Counted from the first letter of the stretch, positions 45,868-57,763 are shown. The stretch: DNA of 64,000 nucleotides from Nemertoderma westbladi (GCA_032718475.1 JAUCBJ010008450.1:62001-126000), one strand, 5' to 3'. The notes: generated by a model not told the origin, from the letters alone. Program-made: numbers and translations.

Positions 45868-46003
45868 ATGGATTTTGTATGATGAAGATTTTTCTGGATG
45901 GGGATATTCGAAAGTTCTCGGCCCTGGAGAGTATGCGAATCTCCATGAATTTACATACGATCCATACATACCCAGAGTTTCAGCTGTGAGACCGATAATC
46001 CCG
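45868..46003 (+). CDS. Beta/gamma-crystallin gene, exon g (136 nt, phase 2/0)
   Basis: cctgcag|a ... ccg|gtaagt; WILYDEDFSGWGYSKVLGPGEYANLHEFTYDPYIPRVSAVRPIIP. Confidence 0.9.
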
Positions 46004-46038
46004 GTAAGTAAAAACAAAGATCTGTTTTAGTAATTTCT

Positions 46039-47340
46039 TTAACCCTATTAAACACGGGGGTGGAGGTAACCATGCCTGTGGTTCTTTTTTGTTATAATTC
46101 TGAAACAAACGTAGTTGGGGATCTGAAATTGTATGACTTTACCTAAAAATCTAATGTCTTCCTAATAATTAAAACCGTTTTCAAAAATATTGGGAAGTTT
46201 TCGAGTTATAGCACCTTTTTTTAACCCTACTTTTGGCACTTTTTTGAAACGTATTTAGAAAATTACATTTCATGAATTATGATTTGTAAAATCTTTATGT
46301 TTACAAAGGTTTTTTGGTGTTTGCAATTAGATGGCAACCATATAAATTAATTTAGAAATATCAAACTTGTTTTTTTCGGCGGTGCCAAATTTTGGTGCCA
46401 GCACCAAATTTTGAAATATGTCAATTTTATAAATTGATTGTTTGAACCTGTTTTTGCGCAATAGGGGTTTTTTGGGGTTCTGGTTTCGATGGAATATATG
46501 CGAGTGCACCAGGCGTATCAAACTTGTTTTTTGGAGCTGTGTGCAAAATTTGGTGCCAGCACGAAATTTTGAAAATCTTTTCAATAATTTAATTGCTTGT
46601 GACACCATATTTCCCGGGTTTTAGAGGTTTATGGCGGTTCTGAATTCAATGGAATAAATAATTATCTAACTAGACATCTCAACGTTGTATTTTTCGGAAG
46701 TGGATGCAAAATTTGGTGCTAGCATCAAATTTTGAAAACTATCAAATATATCAATTGATTGTGTCACATTTTTTCTTGCGTTATACGGGTTTATGAGGGT
46801 TCTGAATTCAATGGAATAAGTAAAAATTGCATAAGAGTTTTCAAACTTGTATTTTTCGTTGGTGGGTGAAAATTATTGTTCCAGCACCAAATTTTTGAAA
46901 ATAAACAAATTGATCAATAGATGGTACCATCTTGTTTCATGCATTATACGGGTTTATGAGGGTCTTGAATCTGATGGAATCAATAAAAAAGGGCACTGGG
47001 CATCTCAAACTTGTACTTTTTGGTGATGGGTTCGAAATTTGGTGCTAGCACCAAAATTTGCCAAAATACGAAATACCTAATAAAAAAATACGTGTAGCAA
47101 TGATGTCAAATTAGAAATGTTATCCATTAGAATCAGCGCCCCAGAAAACCTATAAATGTTAATTTATAGCATCGTATAAGTGAATTAAAAATTTTGTGTT
47201 CAAACTGAAAAGTGCTGGTTACTTGTTTTTTTCATTTTTTGTCTACGTAGAGGACTAAAACAGCCATTTCTAGTAATTAGATCAATTTTAAATGAGTTCC
47301 AATGGATTTTGCGCCCCAGAAAATTGATTAACTTGATAGA
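46039..47340. mobile_element. Non-autonomous DNA-transposon-like sequence with ~160-bp internal tandem repeats
   Basis: Starts ttaaccctatt...ggggg. The unit aaacttgt.ttttt...aaatttggtgc.agcaccaaatttt recurs near 46362, 46520, 46680, 46842 and 47007. No matching right end found. Confidence 0.5.
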
Positions 47341-47354
47341 TACCTCAAACTACA

Positions 47355-47745
47355 GAATCCCTCCCCCCCTCGCAATCTGGCCTCCCTGGCTACACCAGTT
47401 TTGGGCCACAAAGGTCATAGGAAAGGTACTCACAGAATTGTTGGCCGCTCTCTATCCGTAGGGGGTAAGACCGGCAGCCAGTAAGGAGATAACTGATAAC
47501 TGGGGCTAATTTTGTCCAATAATTTCACTGGCATCTAGGGGCCAGCGCCAGACCCACGCATTACTAATGTGGGTGCTTTATGCGTCATGTGGGTCATCTC
47601 TCAGGATGCCATCCTGGCATCCTCATACCATCCTGGATTGCCATTCCACAGTGTGGGTGTCACAGTCGAGTCAGATATCGGGCCTATCACCCAACTAACA
47701 TGAAGGACATGACCCACCATTTGCTATGCAGCTCATCTGCTGGTT
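47355..47745 (-). mobile_element. Second decayed copy of the RTE 5' region (continues ~49860-50020)
   Basis: Aligns by eye with 34195-34585 (caatctggcctccctgg, ttgccattccacag.gtgggtgtc, gcagctcatctgctgg). 49880-49975 matches 34600-34795. Confidence 0.75.
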
Positions 47746-47946
47746 TGTCAGATCAGATCTGGGTTATTGATTCAGAAAATTGGTCACCTCTAACTGGGAT
47801 CATGGATCCAGAAGTCATGTGAGTGAGGGCCTATGCAATGATATGATGTGACGATGTGATGGACCATATGCAAGGGAAAGGCATGGGAAGCATTAAATTG
47901 GCTTTCCAGGATTTGGAAGTCTCATATATGAAACAGAAACTCAAGG

Positions 47947-49132
47947 TCATTTTTCCTCTCTTTGGGGTTACATGAATTATACCCGGGCATGGGGCCACGT
48001 TTTCCTCTCTTTGAGGTTACATCTATACTACCCGGGCGCGGGGCAACTTTTTCCTCTCTTTGAGGTTACATGAACAATACCAAGGCGCGGGGCCGGGCAC
48101 TTTTTCCTCTCTTTGAGGTTACACGAACATTATCCGGGCACGGGGCCACGTTTTCCTCTCTTTGAGGTTACATAAATATTACCCAGGCGCGGGGAGACGT
48201 TTTCCTCTCTTTGAGGTTACATGAATAATACCCGGGCGCAGGGCCACGTTTTCCTCTCTTTGAGGTTATATGAATAATACCCAGGCTTGGGGCCACGTTT
48301 TCCTCTCTTTGAGGTTACATGTATAATACCCGGGCACGGGGCCACGTTTTCCTCTCTTTGGGGTGACTTGAACAATACCCGGGCTTGGGGCCACGCTTTC
48401 CTCTCTTTGAGGTTACATGAACAATACCCGGGCACGGGGCCATGTTTTCCTCTCTTTGAGGTTACATGTATAATACCTGGGCGCGGGGCCCCGTTTTCAT
48501 CTCTTTGAATTTACACGAACATTACCCGGGCGCGGGGCCACGTTTTCCTCTCTTTGAGATTACATGAATATTACCCAGGCGCGGGGCCAGTTTTCCTCTC
48601 TTTGAGGTTACATGAATAATACCCAGGGGGGGGGGGGGGCACGTTTTCCTCTCTTTGAGGTTACATGAATAATACCCGGGCGCAGGGCCACGTTTTCTTC
48701 TCTTTGCGGTTATATGAATAATACCCAGGCTTGGGGCCACGTTTTCCTCTCTTTGAGGTTACATGTATAATACCCGGGCACGGGGCCACGTTTTCCTCTC
48801 TTTGGGGTTACTTGAACAATACCCGGGCATGGGGCCACGCTTTCCTCTCTTTGAGGTTACATGAACAATACCCGGGCATGGGGCCATGTTTTCCTCTCTT
48901 TGAGGTTACATGTATAATACCTGGGCGCGGGGCCCCGTTTTCATCTCTTTGAGGTTACACGAACATTACCCGGGCGCGGGGCCACGTTTTCCTCTCTTTG
49001 AGATTACATGAATATTACCCAGGCGCGGGGCCAGTTTTCCTCTCTTTGAGGTTACATGAATAATACCCAGGGGGGGGGGCACGTTTTCCTCTCTTTGAGG
49101 TTACATTAATAATACCCGAGCGCGGGGCCACG
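47947..49132. repeat. 49-bp minisatellite, ~24 copies, with a 444-bp (9-mer) higher-order duplication
   Basis: Unit ttttcctctctttgaggttacatgaataatacccgggcgcggggccacg. The variant series repeats at a 444-bp offset (e.g. 48287 vs 48731). Confidence 0.93.
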
Positions 49133-49199
49133 TTATAAACTTTGACCATTTAAATTAATTATATTACAAAATGTCAAATTCGTCTGCTAAAATATTTGC

Positions 49200-49805
49200 T
49201 GTTTAAATCTCCATCTATTAAAATAACTCGTCATTCGCCAAATTAAATTTATGTATTACTAAATACATTTATATATATAGACCTACAGTATAAACAAAAA
49301 ATGTTAAAAAATCGCAGTCTGCCCCGCTATAAATCTATCGCTAAATTAGCACTCCTAATACATAGTCCCTATCCTTCCTATTCTTATCTATCTACTTTCT
49401 ACTCTACCTTACCTACATTATCTATCTATCTATATGCCATCTTCTTTTTCACCTTTCTATTCTGCATCTGCAACACCCTACAGTATACTATTACTTCAAA
49501 CTACTACTTACTACGTCCAATCTATCAAATGTTACATATATTTACATTTCATATAATCCCATCCTCCTGGTGAGCAGCCGTTTACTAGCACTACTATTTG
49601 GCTGTTCTCCAGTACCCATTTATATAGAACTTACCATATATAGTATGTACTCATGTTAATTTCTATTTTATACAGTTATATTTATAACTGATATCTGAAA
49701 TATATTACATTATATTTCATATATATTATATATATTATATATTATTGTTGTTATTTTGAATTATTATATGAAGGGTAAAAATAAACATTGAATTTAATTG
49801 AATTG
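49200..49805 (+). mobile_element. L2/CR1-group LINE 3' end
   Basis: 3' UTR stem-loop ctggtgagcagcc...actagc...ggctgttctccag and aataaa-(attga)n tail, resembling 21784-22290. Confidence 0.5.
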
Positions 49806-50269
49806 GTCCGATTATTTAGAACAGCAGTAGTACCAGTACTCCTCTATGGTAGTCCATACTTGGCTCTAACTGCCCTGTAACCCTGCTACCAGGTGCAGGT
49901 CGCAGTGAAATGCACTCGAATTCGACCAATGGCGTCCATTTTCCAGAATGAAAGGGGTCCTAGTTATAGGACCAGGCTATACCATCAGTAAGATGGTCTA
50001 TGCAGCCATATTGGTTGTAGGTTTAGCTACACCAGGGTCCTCTCAACCATTTATCCACTCGGATCGATAAATTTAGTACCAGTTAAATTGTAGGGCGCAA
50101 AACTAGGGATTGAAGTAGCACCCACTTCTACTTTTTGGTAAGAGTTATCGAAAGAGGAGTTTTAGGTTCACCTCTGTTTTTGGCAGACTGTTTACTTGCT
50201 ATTGGAGCTCTCTATGAATATTTTCCACTCACATTTCTATACAAATACAGTAACAAACAATCTCAACCT

Positions 50270-52870
50270 TTTTATTATTATTATTATATCTCTTTTATTT
50301 GCTAAAAACTCATTCAAATATATATTTGCACGAGGCAGTTAATACATACAGTATTTACTGATAATTATAAGCAAATAAGCGTCACAGGGTTCCAGGTAAC
50401 AGCTAGGCTGCACCGTGTACAGTACAAATATACAGTATGAGGAATCGAGTAGGCCTACAGTACAATCATTATTACATTACATCTACAGTATAATAAATAA
50501 TGTTCTATTAATTGGCGGCAGTCACAGGTGCAAATCCGCTAGGTTGCATCCTCATGGCTATATTTCGATAGGAACTGTTTTTTTAACTTTGTTTTGAAAT
50601 ATTTTAGTTTTGTAATTTCTTTTATTTTAATTGGTAGTGCATTCCATAATTTTATAAGATTCACGAGTAAACTTTCATGTCCGTATCTGTTTCTAGTTTT
50701 AGGTATGATTATGTTTTTTGTTCGATTGTTTAGTCTAATGTTTATTTTGGGTAAAAAAGGATGGTCTAATGCTTTAAATGGTTCTGATAGGTTGTTTACG
50801 TATTTAAAAAAGTATATTAATCCGAAATATTCTCTTACAGCTTTTAGGGTTGGTATTTTGGCTTTTTCTCGTAGTTCAGTTCCTGTTGAGTCCCTAATCC
50901 GTTTCCCAAAGATAGTTCGTAGTGCGTAATTTTGTACTTTTTCAAATTTGTATAGTATTTCCTTGTGTCCGTATTTATCATGTAGTGGGACTAATAGTTG
51001 GTTACAGTGAAGATGGTACGGCAATGTTAGTGCTTTTAGTAGTTGTAATTTTGTTTTTATTGTTAGTTGTCCCTTTATTGAGCGGAGGCAAGATATACTG
51101 AGTGTCATTTTCTGTATTGTTTTAGTTATATGATGGTGCCATTGTAGTTTTTTATCTAATTCTACTCCTAGGTATTTAACCGTGGTTGATTGTGAGATCG
51201 GATCTTTTGTTCCTATGTCAAGATTTATTTCGTCTGTATTGAAGTCAGTTGATGTCTGTTGTTTTGGTGATAGTAGTAAGAATTCAGTCTTGGAGTGGTT
51301 CAGTTTCAAGTGATGTTGCACAAATGTTTTGTTTAATAGTATAATTTCGTTTTGTAGTAATTTTGCAGCCAGCTGTGGATTTGTGCCTGTAGTGTATATT
51401 ACTGTATCGTCTGCGTATTGAATGATAGTTGAAGATTTTGCTGTATCTGGTATGTTGTTTGTATACAATGTGAAGAGAAGTGGTGCCAGTATTGTTCCTT
51501 GTGGTAGGCCACAGATTTCCGTTAACCATGGTGATGTTGAGTTTTCTAGTTTTACTCTTTGTCGTCTATCAGTCAAATAATTTTTTATAAGAAGTTGAGA
51601 TGTGGAATGAAAACCTAACGTTGCAAGTCTGTGTAGTAATATTTGTCGGTTTACTGAGTTGAAGGCCTTGCTGAGATCCAGGAATGCTATTGCAATGTAA
51701 TTATTTTCGTCAAGCTTTTTTCTCCAGGATTCTGAGAGATATGTTAGTGCGTCAACAGTTGAAAACCCTTTTCGGAATCCAAATTGCTTAGAATAAATTA
51801 TTTTGTGTTTATTTATATAATGTATAATTTGATTATAAAGTACTCGTTCAAATATTTTAGCAAATGGCGTAGTCATTGCGACAGGTCTGTAATTTGTTGG
51901 TTCATGTGGATCACCTGATTTAAATATGGGAGTGATATTTACAAGTTTTAGTTTGTCTGGAAAAAGTGACTTGGTGATACATTGATTTAATATGTAAGTT
52001 AATTGATATGTTATATGCGGGGCTATATTCTTGATAATTTTTATCGGTATTAAAGATGGTCCACTGGATTTTTTTGCATTTAAATTATTTATGATGTTGT
52101 ATACGTCTGATGATGTTATACATTGGAAGGAGAAAGTATCCTTAATGTTTGTTCCTACTACCGTTACTCCAAGTGTTTTCATATTTGCATCAACGCTAAC
52201 ATTTTTGAAAAAATTTCCTAGTTCGATATAAGTTCTATTAAATATTTCTACAATTTTTTTCTTATTTGTTGTTAGTGTTCCTAGATTTTTAATGCAATTT
52301 ATTTTCGACTGTTTTCTTTTGTTGTTTAAGATTTTATTTATTAATTGCCATCTAGATTTACTGTCTTTTGCTTCAATATATTTGTGTTTAATATAATAAT
52401 TTTTTAATTTTGCATTTAGATTGTTGAATTTATTTCGTAGTAATTTGTATTCTGAATAGTTTGCATTTGTCTTGTTTCTTCGCCATTCTAGAAATTTGTT
52501 ATACTTTTTTGTGCGTAATTGTTCCAATTCAAATGTTGACCAATCGTCATTTTTATAATTTTTTATTTTTTTGTTAGTTATTAATTTGCGTTTTATTGGT
52601 GCATGCCTATTTAAAATTTGTATTATTAGTTGTTCAAATATTTCGAATTGTAGATTGATATTGTTTTGACAATAGAAATTCCCCCAGTAAATTTTCGCTA
52701 TGTCTGATATGAATCTAGATTCTTCAAAACTAGAGTAATCTCTGTATTCTACCCACTGTTTACTGTCATTTTTTGCAGTCCTTAGTTTGTAGTCTATTTT
52801 GATTAAAGTATAATCGTGATCGGAAAATTCACACGGGAAAACTTCGTTTGCTGTTATCTTTCTTAGGTCT
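50270..52870 (-). mobile_element. 5'-truncated CR1/L2-group LINE related to 27075-33104
   Basis: Open frame from FSDHDY through RT to ...FLSKYSHEDAT; (TAA)n tail at ~50270-50287. Confidence 0.92.
50539..52527 (-). CDS. LINE ORF2 RT domain (5'-truncated, 662 aa)
   Basis: NYRPVA, QFGFRKG, FLDLSKAF, GLPQGTILAPLLF, QYADD, YKFEKVQNYALRTIFGK (the last shared with the 27426-31319 ORF). Confidence 0.9.
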   Translation of the reverse strand: MEQLRTKKYNKFLEWRRNKTNANYSEYKLLRNKFNNLNAKLKNYYIKHKYIEAKDSKSRWQLINKILNNKRKQSKINCIKNLGTLTTNKKKIVEIFNRTYIELGNFFKNVSVDANMKTLGVTVVGTNIKDTFSFQCITSSDVYNIINNLNAKKSSGPSLIPIKIIKNIAPHITYQLTYILNQCITKSLFPDKLKLVNITPIFKSGDPHEPTNYRPVAMTTPFAKIFERVLYNQIIHYINKHKIIYSKQFGFRKGFSTVDALTYLSESWRKKLDENNYIAIAFLDLSKAFNSVNRQILLHRLATLGFHSTSQLLIKNYLTDRRQRVKLENSTSPWLTEICGLPQGTILAPLLFTLYTNNIPDTAKSSTIIQYADDTVIYTTGTNPQLAAKLLQNEIILLNKTFVQHHLKLNHSKTEFLLLSPKQQTSTDFNTDEINLDIGTKDPISQSTTVKYLGVELDKKLQWHHHITKTIQKMTLSISCLRSIKGQLTIKTKLQLLKALTLPYHLHCNQLLVPLHDKYGHKEILYKFEKVQNYALRTIFGKRIRDSTGTELREKAKIPTLKAVREYFGLIYFFKYVNNLSEPFKALDHPFLPKINIRLNNRTKNIIIPKTRNRYGHESLLVNLIKLWNALPIKIKEITKLKYFKTKLKKQFLSKYSHEDAT

Positions 52871-53339
52871 TTTATATATTATCATGATGTACATTTTCTA
52901 AAATATGCAATAGACTTAAAAATATCCACTTTACCAATTTACCACTTTAAAATATTGAATTCAATGTCACTTCAAATATTCAGTGCAAATTTAAAAAGCA
53001 TTTATCTCCAAAGTATTAAAGGGATGGAATAACATAACTAAAACAATAATACATCGAATCTTCAAATTTTTATAAAGAACCAACAGCCCAATAAATGAAT
53101 GTTTTTCTCAATGTTTTTCTGGTACTGGTAGCAGTTTTATGTAGTTGACAGAATGTTGTATATGGCAGTACGGTTATTTCTGTCCTATCTTTAGTATACA
53201 TTCAACTCAATATTATTGGTTGGTGTTGTGTAATTAAACATATATATGTATGTTTTATTAACTATTATTAACTCTATAAAAGAAGATTCAGAACGATTAT
53301 GACATTATTATTTTCAATCAATCTGAGCAGTTGAGACAG

Positions 53340-53985
53340 GCCATGGGCTGTCTCAGTCTGCAACACCACTGGCGTTATCCATCTATCTATGTTGAAAATC
53401 TGTCGAGCACTATAACAAAAGTGATAGGAACCTTAAACCCCTTAAACTCCACGTTGGCGATAAAGTTCGTGTCCAAGACATGAGGACAAACAAATGGTCA
53501 TTAATTGGCGATATTGTCAGAGTAGGAAAACAACGGGGCTATTACATTAAAATGTCGAGTCGGACGCACTGGAGAAACCGCCGATTTCTAAGACCATATC
53601 ATTCCATAAAGGTGAATCTTGAACCTGAGATATATGAACTGGAAACGGAACCGAAAACGAACGAACCGAAGTCCGACGAATTCCACGCATCCTCGCGCGT
53701 GAGAAAACCGTCCAGTTTAATAAGGAGTAGACCTGAAACTGAAAGTTTTCCCCAATATGGGAATGTGTGTATTATTATTTTTGTATGTTAATGACTCGAA
53801 GGGGGTAGTTGTGGTGTATGGGTTTGTGCAGTAGCCTAGGATAGGTACTGGTATACTATATAGGATTTCATTATTGATTTGATTATTCATTATTACTCTG
53901 ATATTCTGAATGCCTGACATATGAGTATACAGCTCTATCTATCTCACTACATTCCCTTTCCATCTGCTTACAGTCCCTGACACCA
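53340..53985 (+). mobile_element. Gypsy (Mag-like) 3' end: integrase C-terminus, PPT, short LTR
   Basis: HYNKSDRNLKPL...VGDKVRVQD...KW...WRNRRFLRP; PPT gaaggggg at ~53798; LTR tgtggtg...acacca 53810-53985. Confidence 0.75.
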
Positions 53986-54026
53986 TCCATGAAAATTGAT
54001 TGCAAATAAATAATTTACCATTTCAG

Positions 54027-54175
54027 AATACTATCAGCTTATTCGATAGGTACAACTATGGGGGCCAAGTCTTTCGACATTGTTTCAATACGCCGAATTT
54101 CGCATCTTTTACACCAACTTTCGACAACAAGGCATCCAGCGCTATAGTGGTTGATGGACAGTGGAAAGTTTTCCA
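54027..54175 (+). CDS. Beta/gamma-crystallin gene, exon h (149 nt, phase 0/2)
   Basis: catttcag|aat ... ttc ca|gtgagt; NTISLFDRYNYGGQVFRHCFNTPNFASFTPTFDNKASSAIVVDGQWKVF. Same length and phases as exon d. Confidence 0.9.
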
Positions 54176-54514
54176 GTGAGTATTTTTATGACCATGCCTT
54201 TAATTAGTTTCTATGTGTAGCTTTTGTGAAGCTAAGCTTTGCATTTAGCTATAGAAAATAGGAATATTTTAATGCGATATGTTACCCCTGTGAGGGGCAG
54301 CTTTATTATATCTATATCTAAAATATCAAACTATTACACAACTATAAAATAATACAAAGAATTAGGGCATTGTAAAGGCCAAAGCGAATAGTGGTACACT
54401 TTGAGGTGCCCCCCCCCCCCCCCCATTCGAGCAAAAGCTAAATTATATATATTGTAATATAACATAATACAATAATAATAACATAATACCATATGGTGTT
54501 GCATAGTAGTACAT

Positions 54515-54900
54515 ATATACTGTATCTTAAAAAGGCATTTGAGTTCCACCTACCCCTTGATCTAATTTGGGAATCAGATAGGCCCTCCTTTGCGGCTTCA
54601 GTGGCAACCCCAATCCTAAAGCTATGTGACTTGTATACATTGGTGGGGAGGTTATTAAATAATCTTAGATGGATGAGTACTAAAAGGAAGAATGAGCTAG
54701 AATGGATGAGTACTAAAAGGAAGAATGAGCTAGAATGGATGAGTACTAAAAGGAAGAATGAGCTAGAATGGATGAGTACTAAAAGGAAGAATGAGCTAGA
54801 ATGGATGAGTACTAAAAGGAAGAATTTCAAAGAATTTAGTGCAGGATTTGGCATTTTGCAATGATAGTAGAACTGTGAAAGCTATATAGAAGCTTTCTTA
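54515..54900 (-). mobile_element. DIRS-type tyrosine recombinase C-terminal relic
   Basis: YKSHSFRIGVATEAA...IRSRGRWNSNAFLRY: HxxR, W and catalytic Y of DIRS/Ngaro YR. Confidence 0.8.
54667..54825. repeat. 33-bp tandem repeat x~5
   Basis: atggatgagtactaaaaggaagaatgagctaga repeated essentially perfectly. Confidence 0.95.
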
Positions 54901-55215
54901 AAGTTTGGTGGTGAGTTGTTTAATTGTGTATTTAAGCAACGCCGTTCATGGGAATTTGCGATTCAGCAGTATTGGTTTATATTCAATTATTTAAGCCTAT
55001 TTGGTAGGCATACCTGCATACCGGTATTGATGATTATGGATTGATTATTCATAGACATTGTGTATGTTATACTGGTAGGGCCTATATACTTACATTCAGC
55101 CATTCATGGAGTTGGTTTATTTTTAAATGCTGGTTTATTCTATAATTAATAATAAGTAACCTACTAAATAGTTTAACATGGCAACATTAGCTAATAGGCG
55201 TAGAGGCCTAAAGTT

Positions 55216-57763
55216 GATACCACACTGTCACAAAGTTGTACATACTGTGGTTGCCCCCCAGTAAAGCATTTTCGGGAGGAGGTACCATCATCGGCAAGTA
55301 CCGGTTACTGGTACCACCTTAAATGAGACCAATACCAGTACTGGTATTGAGGATTCTATAATCATTTGCAATGAAGATGGTCCAGATCAACTCCAACATC
55401 ATATCACTCCCACAACATCTAGCTCAACTACGCCACTCATTGTTGAGACTCCAAGTTCATGTACCGGTACAGATAGTTCAGTCAGTCATCAACCCAAGAA
55501 GTTGTGTCTATCTACTTCTCCCAGTACCGGTACTGAATTACTTTACCCTAAAGGTTTATTAAGCTGCCTGGAAAAATCCAGTGAAGGCAAAGTTCTTATT
55601 AAGAAGAAGTTGTTGTGTGAAGCAGATCGACAGTGCTTGGTAGGGCTTGTAATATCTTACCTAATGCAGATGAATTGTAAGAATCCGGTGCCTGATGAAC
55701 TTTTAACGTCAGCTGTCGAAATCAATAAGTTCTTCATTCATGAAATCCAAGAAGTATACTTCTACAAGAAGTTAGTCACGAAAACTTCTGCTGTAACTGG
55801 AAAGTCCTATGATACTTCGGTTATTGGAGGTAAACTTTATAACAAAGTTCTGACCGTGAAAAAAAAGTCAAAAGACTACAGGCACGTGACACTATTGCAA
55901 TAGCTCATTCCAGTAGCTCCAATCATGAGGACCGAAATGCAGGGGGGCTTTTAACATTAGATGTTGATAACCTTAAAAAAGATTGTGAAGAATGTCTGCC
56001 TTATTTGAAATGTAGTTACATGTCAAAAGAGCACCATGAAAACAGCTCAATGTTTCGATTGGCTGGATTCTACCAAGGGAGATTTGACTTGAGTAGTTTT
56101 CCGTACATGCTGGATGATGCGGCCTCATATCCGGCTCTGAGTTCCGATTTTAAGAAGCTGGGAGAAGTTCGTGGATAGGAAAGCATTGATCCTTCTGTGC
56201 TTTTTAGTCCAATGTTTGGCAATTTGTGTTTCAGGGTTCTTCATTCCCTAAGTGCTGAGCAACTAACTAGTTTAGGAGATGACCCTTCTCCGGCAACATT
56301 GTTGAAAAGGCAATAAAGGCACTACCACTATGACTTTGCAACAAAATGATAATTCGGTTACCTGGTGATGGGAAACGGAAGATGTGGCGGCCTACATTGA
56401 AGGATTGTGCTGATTCATTTGTAATGTATGCGATTGACCATGCAGATATGGATAGTAAAATAAGTGTGATGGCAACGAGTTACTCTGAGAAGCAGCTGCC
56501 AATCAATCCCTTTATAGTTTCCCTCTCGGATAGCAATCAATATGTGATTGTGTACAACAGCTACCGATTTGTTCGCATAACTTTGTTGGAGGCCATTGAC
56601 TTCTCTTTCAAACTCATGCATGTTTGTAACCTACAATACCAAGCTGCATGTGAGCCTATTTGGATATTATTTTAACATCTTTATGGTGTGCCTTCATCTA
56701 CAACCAACATAAAGGTTCAAGCTCTACTGTCTGATCTGCAGTATAAGCATTCTTAAGGTCACCAATGTTCTCATGTCAATATTTATGTTGTGTATCTGGT
56801 CGCTTTTTCTACTGGTTGACACCAAAAATGTATAGGCCTAGTCAATCAGGCTGAAAAACCAAGTTAACAATATTGTTTACTAATAATTATTAAACTAGAT
56901 TAGTTATTTACCAACCAGGAACATACATATTTTATATATACTATTTTATATATATTTTCTGAATTATGTAATGCCTTAAGTTTGGATTATTCTGGATTAG
57001 TTATATATATATATACGAACCAGGAAAATACATTTATATACTTTATTCTGGAATACGTAATGCCTAATATACGTACCAGTATATACATGACAGTTGCAAT
57101 CATGGTGTTTTGCAGTGTTTGTAATGATGAATTGAGTTCCTTGGCGATATACCTCTTTCCTTTGGGGGTTATGCATAACATTAACGTGAATAAGGATAAA
57201 TTAATTTGTGGACATGATGGCTGTCAGCTTGATTTTTATAGGTTTTATTCCTAATCTCAACACATACACAACTTTTGAAGCTAATATTGTTTTACAATGT
57301 GTATCTCTAGAGAGTTTTTTAAATATCTGTATATCTGTAAACAAAATTCGCAATATTTGGTTTTTATTAATTAATAATTTTGTTTATTAAATTGTAAGGG
57401 CTTTTGTTGCCCATGATCAAATTTAATTAATATTTTCAATATCCAGTTAATGTTTAGTAAAATATTTGATATCTTGTCAAATAATTTTTGTAATTTAAAA
57501 TATCTTGTCAAATATTTAACAATATGTTCTTACAAATATTGTTAATATATCTTGCCAATTCTGAAAGATTGAAATTTCCACATGTCTATTTTGACAAGAT
57601 ATGATATAGATCCTGACAAGATATTAATTGAAGTTTTCACCAGATATTTTTGACAAGAATATCCCGAATATTCTGACAAGATAAAGGACAAGTGTATTTA
57701 ACTAGATATATCTTGTCATTCTATATTTTTTTTGTCAATTTGACTGAACTTTTTTTAAGAGTG
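55216..57763 (+). mobile_element. EnSpm/CACTA (CMC)-like DNA transposon relic
   Basis: Right end ...ttttttaagagtg (CACTCTTAAAAAA) with tgacaagat subterminal repeats. Peptides GGKLYNK and LLEAIDFSFKL...NLQY...W resemble the accessory ORF of animal EnSpm. C2H2-like MVFCSVC...H...CGHDGC at 57100-57250. Confidence 0.6.
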
